From the sequence record OZ335964.1: 64,000 nucleotides of DNA, one strand, 5' to 3'. The notes under the pieces are model-generated. The model did no database searches, had not been told where the DNA came from, and saw only the letters and a list, made by a program, of their open reading frames with translations. Origin of the DNA: a phage. Each line of letters opens with the position of its first letter. The first letter of the stretch is position 1. Positions 13,053 to 21,121 of the stretch are shown here, piece after piece. Both the position numbers and the translations under genes were made by a program.

Positions 13053-13330
13053 TGGGGGTGTATAGGGTTATAGCTGGAGCGAAACTGATAACCCAGACGT
13101 AGCATTTGCACCCTTCCGCACTATGCTGATGGTCGATGAAGCAGAATACGACACAGCAAAACGAATTGGTGCTCTTGCGTTCAATACATGGGCTAACTTC
13201 CATGCGAAAAAAGGTTTTGCTGCCGCTGTAAGTGAGGACGAAAATCAGAAAGCACGTCTTAACGCCGTTAAATGGGGTGCTGTCATTGAATCCGTCCAAG
13301 CTCAGTCACAACCATAATGGGGGTGTATAG
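12801..13330. repeat. Perfect tandem duplication, 2 x 265 bp (12801-13065 and 13066-13330)
   Basis: Second unit repeats the last 84 codons, stop codon and 13-nt 3' flank of the 572-aa gene; identical translations appear twice in the ORF track on both strands. Confidence 0.85.
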
Positions 13331-14253
13331 TGGAACATACAGGAAAAAGGTTGCTAGATCTTAGAAATGGTTTTAATCAGGGTGAAATCACAGAAATCAC
13401 TGGTATGCCAGCTAGTGCTCTCATGGAGGCAGACGTAAGCCGCATATCTAATCAAATCAACACCGAACTAATTGATCCGGTGATTGATTTTGTTATTGCT
13501 TGCGATGAAGTTATCGCAAATGCAGCCGAGGATGCTTTAAACAAAGCCGATAGCGCCGAGAGTATGGCAGAAGTCGCAGACCGAACGGCAGGTCAATCTA
13601 TGAGCAAGGCAACCGATGCTCTAGACAAAGCGACGACCGCAGAATCGGAAGCAGGGCGAGCGCATGATCGCTTAGACAAGTTGAACATTCCACAAATCCC
13701 GAACTTAGACGGGCACACATGGAATTGGCTACCACGTTCTTTCGATAGCGTGTCTATTCAGTTGGGAAGCGGTATCACATTAGTTGATCCAGTGAACGGC
13801 AAGCCTCACATTACATGGACACCAATTAGACAGAACTACGAGACAGGAAGATATTACATCGAGGGTCGTTTTGAAGCCAGATTTAAAGTAATGTTAATGG
13901 ACTGGATTCAACAATCATCCGGTGGTCATATTTTCTATCTAGGTGGTGGTCAAAGTCTGGCATCATTTAACGGACGCGTGTCACTGGTGAATATCTCGAA
14001 TGATATAATGAAGCCGACTAATATACAAGTCAACGCATACACCGCCAAAGATACTCAAGTTATTTTCGGTGCGTGTGCTGATGCGGCAATTTCAACATCA
14101 AGGGAAGTTAAACTAGCTTTCATGGTTGATACTGGAACAGATAAATTTGACCGATATAATGATCCTGTATATGTTGATTTGGTAATGACATTCCAACGCG
14201 ACGGGGAAGGAAATTTCGGATTCGGAAATCTTTTCCCAAGCCTAAATCCTTGA
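13330..14253 (+). CDS. Fibrous protein with N-terminal domain shared with the next ORF; GTG start
   Basis: 307-aa ORF; N-terminus (ALMEADVSRISNQINTELIDPVIDFVIACD) is paralogous to the 621-aa ORF; Ala/Asp-rich helical segment then a globular C-terminal part. Confidence 0.6.
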   Translation: MEHTGKRLLDLRNGFNQGEITEITGMPASALMEADVSRISNQINTELIDPVIDFVIACDEVIANAAEDALNKADSAESMAEVADRTAGQSMSKATDALDKATTAESEAGRAHDRLDKLNIPQIPNLDGHTWNWLPRSFDSVSIQLGSGITLVDPVNGKPHITWTPIRQNYETGRYYIEGRFEARFKVMLMDWIQQSSGGHIFYLGGGQSLASFNGRVSLVNISNDIMKPTNIQVNAYTAKDTQVIFGACADAAISTSREVKLAFMVDTGTDKFDRYNDPVYVDLVMTFQRDGEGNFGFGNLFPSLNP

Positions 14254-14311
14254 TCCTATTTGTCGGGGAGAAATCCCCGACAACGTTTTCTAATATCAAC
14301 GAGGATATGAT

Positions 14312-16177
14312 ATGTTAAGAAACCGTGCAATCAAGTCAACCCCTAATTTCATTCAAGGGGATATGGGAAATATTACCTCAAGAGATAATCATGCATTAAT
14401 GGAGCATGATATTCCAACAATCTCTGACACAATTAACAGGGATCTAATTACACCAGTAATTGATTTTATCAACGAATGCGATAATATTCTACTCGATGGA
14501 ATAGGGACGGTCGCAGATACTGTTGATATTATCGAACGGAAAGCTGATAATGCAACCGAAATTTCTAATTACGCCAGTGAAAAAGCTATCGAGGCATTGG
14601 CAAAATCAAAAGAAAGTTTGACGAAAGCGGAAGAAGCAAACACGGTAGCAAATAGTGTTGCTGGTGATGCGCAAACAGCATTAACTAAAGCTAATGAGGC
14701 TAAAACGCTAACAGACAGTCTTAAAACAAAAGTTGATGGTTATGACACCAGAATCACAGAAATTGATTCTAAGGCAACTACAGCGAAATCTGACGCGTCT
14801 TTAGCAAAAGATAAGGCTGATGCACTGGAAACAACGGTCAATAGCGAGAAAACTAAACTGACAGCATTGACTACTAAGGTCGATACTCTAGAAGGTGATA
14901 TTATCAATGCTGTGGATCTGGCTGAACAAGCAAAGAATAAAGCAGATTCAGTAGAAACACAAGCCATTAATAACACCACAGAGATTACCGCTTTAAAAGG
15001 CCGTGTATCAACTGTAGAGACACAATCAGCAGAAGCCAATAGACTGGCTACCCAAGCCGATAAAAATGCGTCTACGGCGCTCTCAGACGTTTCTACGTTA
15101 TCTTCAAAGGTTGATGATGTTAAGGCTACAGCCGACGCAGCAAGCGCAAGCGTGGCGGGATTAACTCAGGATATCGGAGAAGTGCGGACACTGACAGAAA
15201 CAGCCACGACAAACATCACAACTCTTTCCGGTAAAGTTGATACCATAAAGACAACCGCAGATACAAACAAGACCAATATTGAAGCATTAACCACTCAGGT
15301 TAATGAACACACAACTAAGATCGGAGAGTTGGAAACTGGTGTATCTAACGTTAATGGTGAACTTACCACGGTCAAAGGATCGCTAACCACGGTTCAGGAA
15401 ACCGCAGCTAATGCACTTCAAAAGGCCACCAGCGCAGAAACAAAGGCAGGTAATGTAGAGACACTAATTAATAGTCTTACACCGCGTGTGGACGCGTTAG
15501 AAGGCGATTTAGGTACATTAGAGAGCACTGTTGCTGATTTATCTCCTAAAGTGACAGCAGCAACCGAAAAAGCGACTATGGCATTCAACAAAGCAACTGC
15601 CTTAGAGCAAAAAACGGAATCGATGGAAACAGAAATCGAAGATGTTCGCCTCGATGCTGGGACCGCGATGGCAGAAGCGACACAAGCTAATAGTGAGATC
15701 GCCACGTTAAAAACTAAAGTCGGTGAACTGGAAAGCGATGTTGACACAGCCGATACAATCGCAAATGAAGCATTAGCAGTTGCACAAAGGGCGGATACTA
15801 ATGCAAATACAGCCAATACAAATCTTGCAACGATAACACCAATCGTGGAAAGATTGAATGGTGCATTTGTCGGTATGATTCGAATCAGATACAAGGAAAC
15901 TCGAACTATAACGAAAGCTGGCGGTAACACTCGTCGTAAGTTGATAATCCCACAAGTTCGAAAAGGTGATATGGCATTTGCGGCATTTTTAAACGTACCA
16001 GATAAACGAGATAGTATTCTGTTTAACTGTATGATTCCTGTCGACGGCGAAGTTCACATGGCAATAAAAAATCTGCATACCGCCGCATTAGATTTTAACG
16101 ATTGGGTTCAAATATTGGTATTCCAGACAAGTACGGGTAATCCTATTGTTGACCCAGAAACAAGCCTAACAAACTAA
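14312..16177 (+). CDS. Long coiled-coil fibre-like protein with distinct C-terminal domain
   Basis: 621-aa ORF; about 450 aa of low-complexity T/A/E/K-rich helical sequence; N-terminus (ALMEHDIPTISDTINRDLITPVIDFINECD) paralogous to the 307-aa ORF. Confidence 0.65.
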   Translation: MLRNRAIKSTPNFIQGDMGNITSRDNHALMEHDIPTISDTINRDLITPVIDFINECDNILLDGIGTVADTVDIIERKADNATEISNYASEKAIEALAKSKESLTKAEEANTVANSVAGDAQTALTKANEAKTLTDSLKTKVDGYDTRITEIDSKATTAKSDASLAKDKADALETTVNSEKTKLTALTTKVDTLEGDIINAVDLAEQAKNKADSVETQAINNTTEITALKGRVSTVETQSAEANRLATQADKNASTALSDVSTLSSKVDDVKATADAASASVAGLTQDIGEVRTLTETATTNITTLSGKVDTIKTTADTNKTNIEALTTQVNEHTTKIGELETGVSNVNGELTTVKGSLTTVQETAANALQKATSAETKAGNVETLINSLTPRVDALEGDLGTLESTVADLSPKVTAATEKATMAFNKATALEQKTESMETEIEDVRLDAGTAMAEATQANSEIATLKTKVGELESDVDTADTIANEALAVAQRADTNANTANTNLATITPIVERLNGAFVGMIRIRYKETRTITKAGGNTRRKLIIPQVRKGDMAFAAFLNVPDKRDSILFNCMIPVDGEVHMAIKNLHTAALDFNDWVQILVFQTSTGNPIVDPETSLTN

Positions 16178-16206
16178 TTAATTTCATCAACTATAGGGGA
16201 ATTAAC

Positions 16207-16359
16207 ATGAGCAAGAAAAAAGATAGCTATGTTCAAATTACCAAGAAACAGTATGATGAATTAATGTTAGCGGTGGCCTATGCCATAATGCGATCTGATT
16301 TGGCGATCCAGCAAATCGAAAAGACAAATAAAAGTCTTGAGAATGTAGCAGCAAATTAA
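16207..16359 (+). CDS. Small hypothetical protein (50 aa), below the ORF-track size cutoff
   Basis: ATG with RBS AGGGGA; ends just before the terminator at 16366. Confidence 0.3.
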   Translation: MSKKKDSYVQITKKQYDELMLAVAYAIMRSDLAIQQIEKTNKSLENVAAN

Positions 16360-16365
16360 TTTTTT

Positions 16366-16397
16366 GGGGAATCCTTAACGGGATTCCCCTTTCTTTT
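16366..16397 (+). terminator. Rho-independent terminator closing the 23/24 island
   Basis: GGGGAATCC-TTAAC-GGGATTCCCC hairpin followed by TTTCTTTT. Confidence 0.7.
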
Positions 16398-16404
16398 ATA
16401 AATA
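16397..16404 (+). promoter_or_regulatory. T4-type late promoter TATAAATA (gene 24)
   Basis: Exact TATAAATA overlapping the end of the terminator T-tract, about 40 nt upstream of gene 24. Confidence 0.6.
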
Positions 16405-16442
16405 CAACCATATCCATCAATAAAAATACAGGATTCATAAAC

Positions 16443-17684
16443 ATGGCACAGATTTTCAATGAACTGTTAAAGGAATCGACTTCCTCAGTAGCAAACCAGA
16501 CAGCAAGACCACAATTATTGGCACTTACCCGCGCGGTTAACAACCTGATTTTCTCCGATCTGGTGGCAATTCAGCCAACAAATCAGCCTATTTGTGCATT
16601 ATTCGGACTTCGTTATGTTAACCGTGATGGTCAAATGACTTATCGTACCGCAGGAACGTATGGTGGTGCGGCTGGTAATCGTGATGTTTTTGAAGATTTT
16701 CAGAAAGATAAAGAATATCAGGTCGGTGATCATTTCAAATTTGATAATGTTGTATATGAAGTGATTACAGAAGGTGCAGTAGGACAGGATATTTCTACCG
16801 AAGAAGAAGCGATCTTTAAGGGAGTAGTGTCAAATAAAATTCGTTTCTTTAGTGATTATGCACCTACTGAATATTTCGAAGATGCAAACACTGAAATTTC
16901 TACTACCGATTTTGATTTTGAAAAATGGCAAGTTAATGTCGGATCTCGTAAACTGAAAACAGAATTTACGACCGAATTGATGCAAGATCTGGAAGCAAAC
17001 CAGATGAACTCTGAAAATACCGTTTTGGATCTTCTTGCTACCGTTGCATCCGAAGAAATCAATAAAGATATTATCCAGAAACTGATTACGGTATCAACTC
17101 GTTATAAAGTTAAGAGCATTACACCTGATGGCGTTCTTTCACTGGTTAACGTTCAGGACGCACCAGCACAAGCGCGTGAACTTTATCGCTATGCATGTGA
17201 AATGAGTAATCAAATGCTTCGCACTTCGTCTTTCGGTGGTACTTATGTTCTTGCATCTTCTCGTGTTGTTGGCCTCCTGCAAGCTAGTGGCTGGATGGAA
17301 GAAACTGACAATGCACTAAGTGAAGGTCGTTTACGTTGTGGTTTAGAAGTTTATGCGGACACTGTAACCCCGTTTGATTATATGATCGTTGGTTGTAAGC
17401 ATATGGTCGGTGATATGGAGAGCGTAGGTTCTCTGTTTTACTCCCCATATACAGAATCAGACGGAGCGGGTGCATATAAGAGCATCATCGATCCTAATAG
17501 CTTCAACCATAAAGTAGCGATTATGAATAGATATGCGCTTTCTGTCAACCCATACACAACCAAAGCTGATCAAGAAAACAACCAAGTAATCAAGGGTGAC
17601 GAGTGGGGCAAACTTGCCGGACGTTCAGAAATGTCCTACATGCTGGGTATCGAACTACCACCTCTTGAGATTGACAACGCTTAA
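16443..17684 (+). CDS. 24: Capsid vertex protein (gp24-like)
   Basis: 413-aa ORF, paralog of gp23 as in T4; TATAAATA at 16397. Confidence 0.9.
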   Translation: MAQIFNELLKESTSSVANQTARPQLLALTRAVNNLIFSDLVAIQPTNQPICALFGLRYVNRDGQMTYRTAGTYGGAAGNRDVFEDFQKDKEYQVGDHFKFDNVVYEVITEGAVGQDISTEEEAIFKGVVSNKIRFFSDYAPTEYFEDANTEISTTDFDFEKWQVNVGSRKLKTEFTTELMQDLEANQMNSENTVLDLLATVASEEINKDIIQKLITVSTRYKVKSITPDGVLSLVNVQDAPAQARELYRYACEMSNQMLRTSSFGGTYVLASSRVVGLLQASGWMEETDNALSEGRLRCGLEVYADTVTPFDYMIVGCKHMVGDMESVGSLFYSPYTESDGAGAYKSIIDPNSFNHKVAIMNRYALSVNPYTTKADQENNQVIKGDEWGKLAGRSEMSYMLGIELPPLEIDNA

Positions 17685-18272
17685 CTAAATATCTAACCAA
17701 GACAAATCAGATCCGCCCAAGATTTTTTCGACGGCGGATCTATTTTCTTGATGATATAAGTTAAAACATGGTATCCCATGTCTACGGGCAACATAAACAG
17801 CAATTCGAGTCCCGCCAGAAACAATCCCATTAACTTCTTTCGCCCAAAATAACACACAATCTACAGGATCATCAAGTGTCTCACCTAAGACTTGAGCAAC
17901 ATTTCTAGAAAACAGATTTTGCATGTATAACGGTATAGAACGAGGATTATCATAAACGTGTTCTAATTCATCCATCGCCAGATTTTTTTGTTCTAAGGTT
18001 TGCCATGCAATCACATCATGACCGTTATGCTTGTGGTCATAAAACTTCCAATTTGGAATGAAAATTTTTCTATAATCTGGATCGTAATACTTCATGAAAG
18101 CATTGTCCATACCGTAAGCCCCTCCAGAATGCGCTACAACGCGATTTTCTGACAATACCCTCCCAATGGTACTAGCCATTATCAAAATGTCGCTAGGCGC
18201 TTTTCTAGAGCCGATTAAAGCACATCTACGAAGTGGTTTTACGCCAAATAGATCTTGTAACTGGTCAAACAT
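17685..18272 (-). CDS. DprA/Smf-like (SLOG superfamily) Rossmann-fold protein
   Basis: 195 aa; motifs LIGSRKAP, HSGGAYGMD, LFSRNVAQVLG, SGGTRIAVYVARRHGIPCF resemble DprA signatures; RBS GGAGGAAA. Confidence 0.5.
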   Translation of the reverse strand: MFDQLQDLFGVKPLRRCALIGSRKAPSDILIMASTIGRVLSENRVVAHSGGAYGMDNAFMKYYDPDYRKIFIPNWKFYDHKHNGHDVIAWQTLEQKNLAMDELEHVYDNPRSIPLYMQNLFSRNVAQVLGETLDDPVDCVLFWAKEVNGIVSGGTRIAVYVARRHGIPCFNLYHQENRSAVEKILGGSDLSWLDI

Positions 18273-18424
18273 AATATTTCCTCCATAGAAAGCAATATCA
18301 TACTACAAGTTAATAACAAATACAAGTATCCGCGTAGCGGAAGCGAGCACAGCGAGCAATAAAACACTTCTAGCAATTGACTAATAAATGCTCGAAACAA
18401 ATTTTTATTATTCTATAAGATAAG

Positions 18425-18599
18425 TCTTCGTTTTGATCATAATTTAATCATACATGTAAAAACTACACAAAAGGATATCGCTTCGCGAACTCCTACGGAG
18501 TATAACATTTGTGTTACAATATGTATTGATTAATAATTAATCAAAGATACATTTTCTATGTTCTAAAGATCTTTCTTCGTTTTGATCATAATTTAATCA
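18425..18599. repeat. Two copies of a 26-bp direct repeat (TCTTCGTTTTGATCATAATTTAATCA) in an AT-rich intergenic region
   Basis: Exact copies at 18425-18450 and 18574-18599, 149 bp apart, inside the 413-bp noncoding region upstream of the DprA-like gene. Confidence 0.7.
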
Positions 18600-18652
18600 A
18601 ACGGTATTAATATTGTCCATATGTAAACTAAAATTATGCTAATAGCAGATAC

Positions 18653-18677
18653 AAAAAAGCCGCCCAGAAGGACGGCT
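18653..18677 (-). terminator. Terminator after ORF 18686
   Basis: Minus strand GC-rich hairpin followed by TTTTTT. Confidence 0.5.
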
Positions 18678-18685
18678 AATGTTAA

Positions 18686-19123
18686 TTATTTGTTGATAAC
18701 GATCTGATTTCGGCGAATGGTAACATTACTCTTAGAGATGATCAGATCATCCGGCACTACGTTAGTTTTGTATGGCTGGAAGCGAACAAGCATCTGATTG
18801 CGTTTAGACCCTTCCTTAATCTTGATTTCCATCTGGATATTGTTGCCTACGTGAGCAACCGCAATTTCACCTTTATTATCATAGACCCACTTGCTGGTAA
18901 CGTCGCCAGCGAAAGCCTTAATAACTTGCAATGCTTCGTCGTATGCGGTAGAACTGTGAACGTTCAGAAGACCAGCCGTTGCCAGACGTGAGCAAGTGAT
19001 CGCCGGAGACTGCCAAACATCAACATTAATTTGCTCAATCAGAGTAACACCGCCCTGATCAACTGCTTTGAATGCTTCGAACATTGCTTTTTTCATTGCT
19101 ACGTGGTTTTTACGGAATTTCAT
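18686..19123 (-). CDS. Hypothetical protein
   Basis: 145-aa ORF followed by a rho-independent terminator. Confidence 0.5.
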   Translation of the reverse strand: MKFRKNHVAMKKAMFEAFKAVDQGGVTLIEQINVDVWQSPAITCSRLATAGLLNVHSSTAYDEALQVIKAFAGDVTSKWVYDNKGEIAVAHVGNNIQMEIKIKEGSKRNQMLVRFQPYKTNVVPDDLIISKSNVTIRRNQIVINK

Positions 19124-19169
19124 AATTAGTCACCTCTATTGATTAGTTATTCATAATATTAATTACAAA

Positions 19170-19445
19170 TCAGGACATTGCCCGTTTGAATGCGTCCATT
19201 ATAACAGTGTTATTTGGCTTGTCAACACGTTTTTGAACTTTATTTTTAAATTTTTTGTTGATGTGGTGTTTACGATAAACAACCTTTTCACGGTTGGCGT
19301 AAGCCTCGCGTGCATCTTTTACCATCAACCATGCTTTAGCGGCATCTTGTCCGCTGATCCCGCCAATCTTCTTAGCAATATCAACAAAATTAAGACCGTG
19401 GTCTTCGCGTAGCATGTAAACCATTAACGCAGTTTTCTTGTCCAT
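19170..19445 (-). CDS. Hypothetical protein, possible HTH (start chosen at MDKK)
   Basis: ORF-track frame 19170..19553; internal ATG at 19445 has a G-rich RBS and overlaps the stop of the upstream small ORF. Confidence 0.4.
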   Translation of the reverse strand: MDKKTALMVYMLREDHGLNFVDIAKKIGGISGQDAAKAWLMVKDAREAYANREKVVYRKHHINKKFKNKVQKRVDKPNNTVIMDAFKRAMS

Positions 19446-19642
19446 CACTTCGCCCCATTGACGATTAACAGTATAGTGATCAGTACCGGAAACTGGATCA
19501 TGACAGTACCAAAAAACCGGATAAACGCATTTTCTGATTTCCATACATGACATGCGACTAGCTGATAGACCATTGTTGCAACCAAAGCCAGAAAATACAT
19601 CTCGATTGGTGTTTCTTTGATCAATCGTACAATCTCATTCAT
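19445..19642 (-). CDS. Small hydrophobic (membrane) protein
   Basis: 65-aa ORF with RBS GAGGTG; mostly hydrophobic residues. Confidence 0.4.
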   Translation of the reverse strand: MNEIVRLIKETPIEMYFLALVATMVYQLVACHVWKSENAFIRFFGTVMIQFPVLITILLIVNGAK

Positions 19643-19795
19643 ACTTCACCTCATACATTCATAAACACAACAACGAATAGGACAGTAACAGTTATTAAAG
19701 CCATTTTCAACCCCATATTCATAATATTTTCCTCATAGGGTAACGCCCTGTTGATGTGTGCCATTATAAGCCAATAAATCGCGCTGTCAAGCATA

Positions 19796-19824
19796 AAAAC
19801 AAAAAAGCCACCCCGAAGGATGGC
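19796..19824 (-). terminator. Terminator after the shorter hoc-like gene
   Basis: Minus strand GC hairpin (GCCATCC-TTCG-GGGTGGC) followed by a T-run. Confidence 0.6.
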
Positions 19825-19836
19825 TGATAAGTTTCA

Positions 19837-21072
19837 TTAAGCAGGAGGCGTTTCACGAATGCGTAGCATCTTCTCTAAGATCTCTCGATCCAGTCGGTGT
19901 AATTCGCTTGCGTTATACATAAATCCGTTTCGTGATTCCATACAGATGCAATCACCAAATTTTTCTTCCGCTGCCGCGATAGTCTCGATATCGTGTGCGT
20001 ATCGGCTATCTTCATAGACAGCACGATCCCTCCAGTCTTGCCCTTTCTCGTTGAACTTCACGATCTCATCAAATACCCACCATCCAATGTAGATAAATGA
20101 CGTATTACGCCACGGAATCGGGTGTACATAACGTAACATACTATGAAGAGATTCAACCACTTCTACGGCGCAATGAGAGCTTCCTTTGTCCTCGATCAGT
20201 ACATCGTTTTTATTCAGCGTCTGATAGAGTTCAGCAACACACCAGAAATTAGCGGTGTCATCGGTGGTTGCGGCGTCTTTGTGTAGGTATCCATTAGGCA
20301 TAATAACGAATCCTTCAATGGCTTCTCCTTCCTCACTACCGATCAGTGTAGGTGCGGACTGCCCTTCACGTTGCAAATACCATTTTTGCTTAACTTTAAG
20401 CGGTGGCATAGATGCAGGAACATTACCAACGGTAACTCCCATAACACGATAAGGTAGTGTGAGTTCTTTACCCAATACAACCGTTTTTTCTAGCGGGAGA
20501 TCTTCAACTACAGACAAAGCGATAGACACCAGATCAATTGCTGCGGAGTCCATCGACGCTTCCGATTCGCCCCATACTTTAACCTTGTATTCGCCGTTCT
20601 TGTCATCGGTAAAGTTAGGGATAATAAGCGTATCTGTATTATTGCCTAAGTCTACGCCATTGTGCTCCCATTTGAAATTAAGGGTATAGTTATTTGCGGG
20701 AGATTGCCCGGTGGAGTATGCTACCGTTGCCACTATTCCGGTTTGTTCGTCATGCGGAACGTATTGAGAATGTTTATCAAGTTTGACAACCAATTCCGCT
20801 TCGGTCATCTTGAATACGTTAGATTCTACTACTTCTTGTGTGTCTGTGTCGGTTACTGTAACTTTATAGTTGCCAGCATTTGCAGACGTTGCACCAGTTA
20901 TTTTAATTGTTTTTGTTGTTTCCTGCAACGGCTGATCGTTATGCGACCATGCATATGTTACGTTTTGTGGTACTGGATCGCTGCCAACTGCTTCAATAGT
21001 AGCTGAAACGTTGAAAGTATCACCAGCCAGGAAACAACGACGGTTTGATTTTACTGTAACTGTGAATGCCAT
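19837..21072 (-). CDS. hoc: Hoc-like Ig-domain capsid decoration protein (shorter paralog)
   Basis: Ig-like repeats plus C-terminal YVHPIPWRNTSF...ESRNGF module shared with the upstream paralog; start set at MAFTVT (RBS GGAG) after the upstream terminator. Confidence 0.7.
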   Translation of the reverse strand: MAFTVTVKSNRRCFLAGDTFNVSATIEAVGSDPVPQNVTYAWSHNDQPLQETTKTIKITGATSANAGNYKVTVTDTDTQEVVESNVFKMTEAELVVKLDKHSQYVPHDEQTGIVATVAYSTGQSPANNYTLNFKWEHNGVDLGNNTDTLIIPNFTDDKNGEYKVKVWGESEASMDSAAIDLVSIALSVVEDLPLEKTVVLGKELTLPYRVMGVTVGNVPASMPPLKVKQKWYLQREGQSAPTLIGSEEGEAIEGFVIMPNGYLHKDAATTDDTANFWCVAELYQTLNKNDVLIEDKGSSHCAVEVVESLHSMLRYVHPIPWRNTSFIYIGWWVFDEIVKFNEKGQDWRDRAVYEDSRYAHDIETIAAAEEKFGDCICMESRNGFMYNASELHRLDREILEKMLRIRETPPA

Positions 21073-21087
21073 AATAGCCCACTCCAT

Positions 21088-21113
21088 GAAAAAAGATCGC
21101 CCCGAAGGGCGAC
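21088..21113 (-). terminator. Terminator between the two hoc-like genes
   Basis: Minus strand: GTCGCCC-TTCG-GGGCGA then TTTTTT. Confidence 0.65.
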
Positions 21114-21121
21114 CATATTGA

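Noticed and set aside
12582-13299. Two minus-strand ORFs (12582-13034 and 13018-13299) with identical N-terminal 78 residues
   Set aside because: They are antisense to the 572-aa gene and their identity simply reflects the 265-bp tandem duplication
13123-13317. 64-aa plus-strand ORF repeating the C-terminus of the 572-aa protein
   Set aside because: It is the duplicated 3' end inside the second repeat unit, preceded by an in-frame stop and lacking its own RBS; more likely a repeat remnant than an independent gene
14600-15900. Apparent repetitiveness in the 621-aa fibre gene considered as a tandem DNA repeat
   Set aside because: The periodicity is at the amino-acid level (T/A/E/K-rich helical segments) without exact nucleotide repeat units
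19170-19553. Longer 127-aa version of the ORF at 19170
   Set aside because: The upstream part overlaps the small membrane ORF in another frame and its ATG lacks an RBS; the internal ATG at 19445 with a G-rich RBS and stop-start overlap is more plausible
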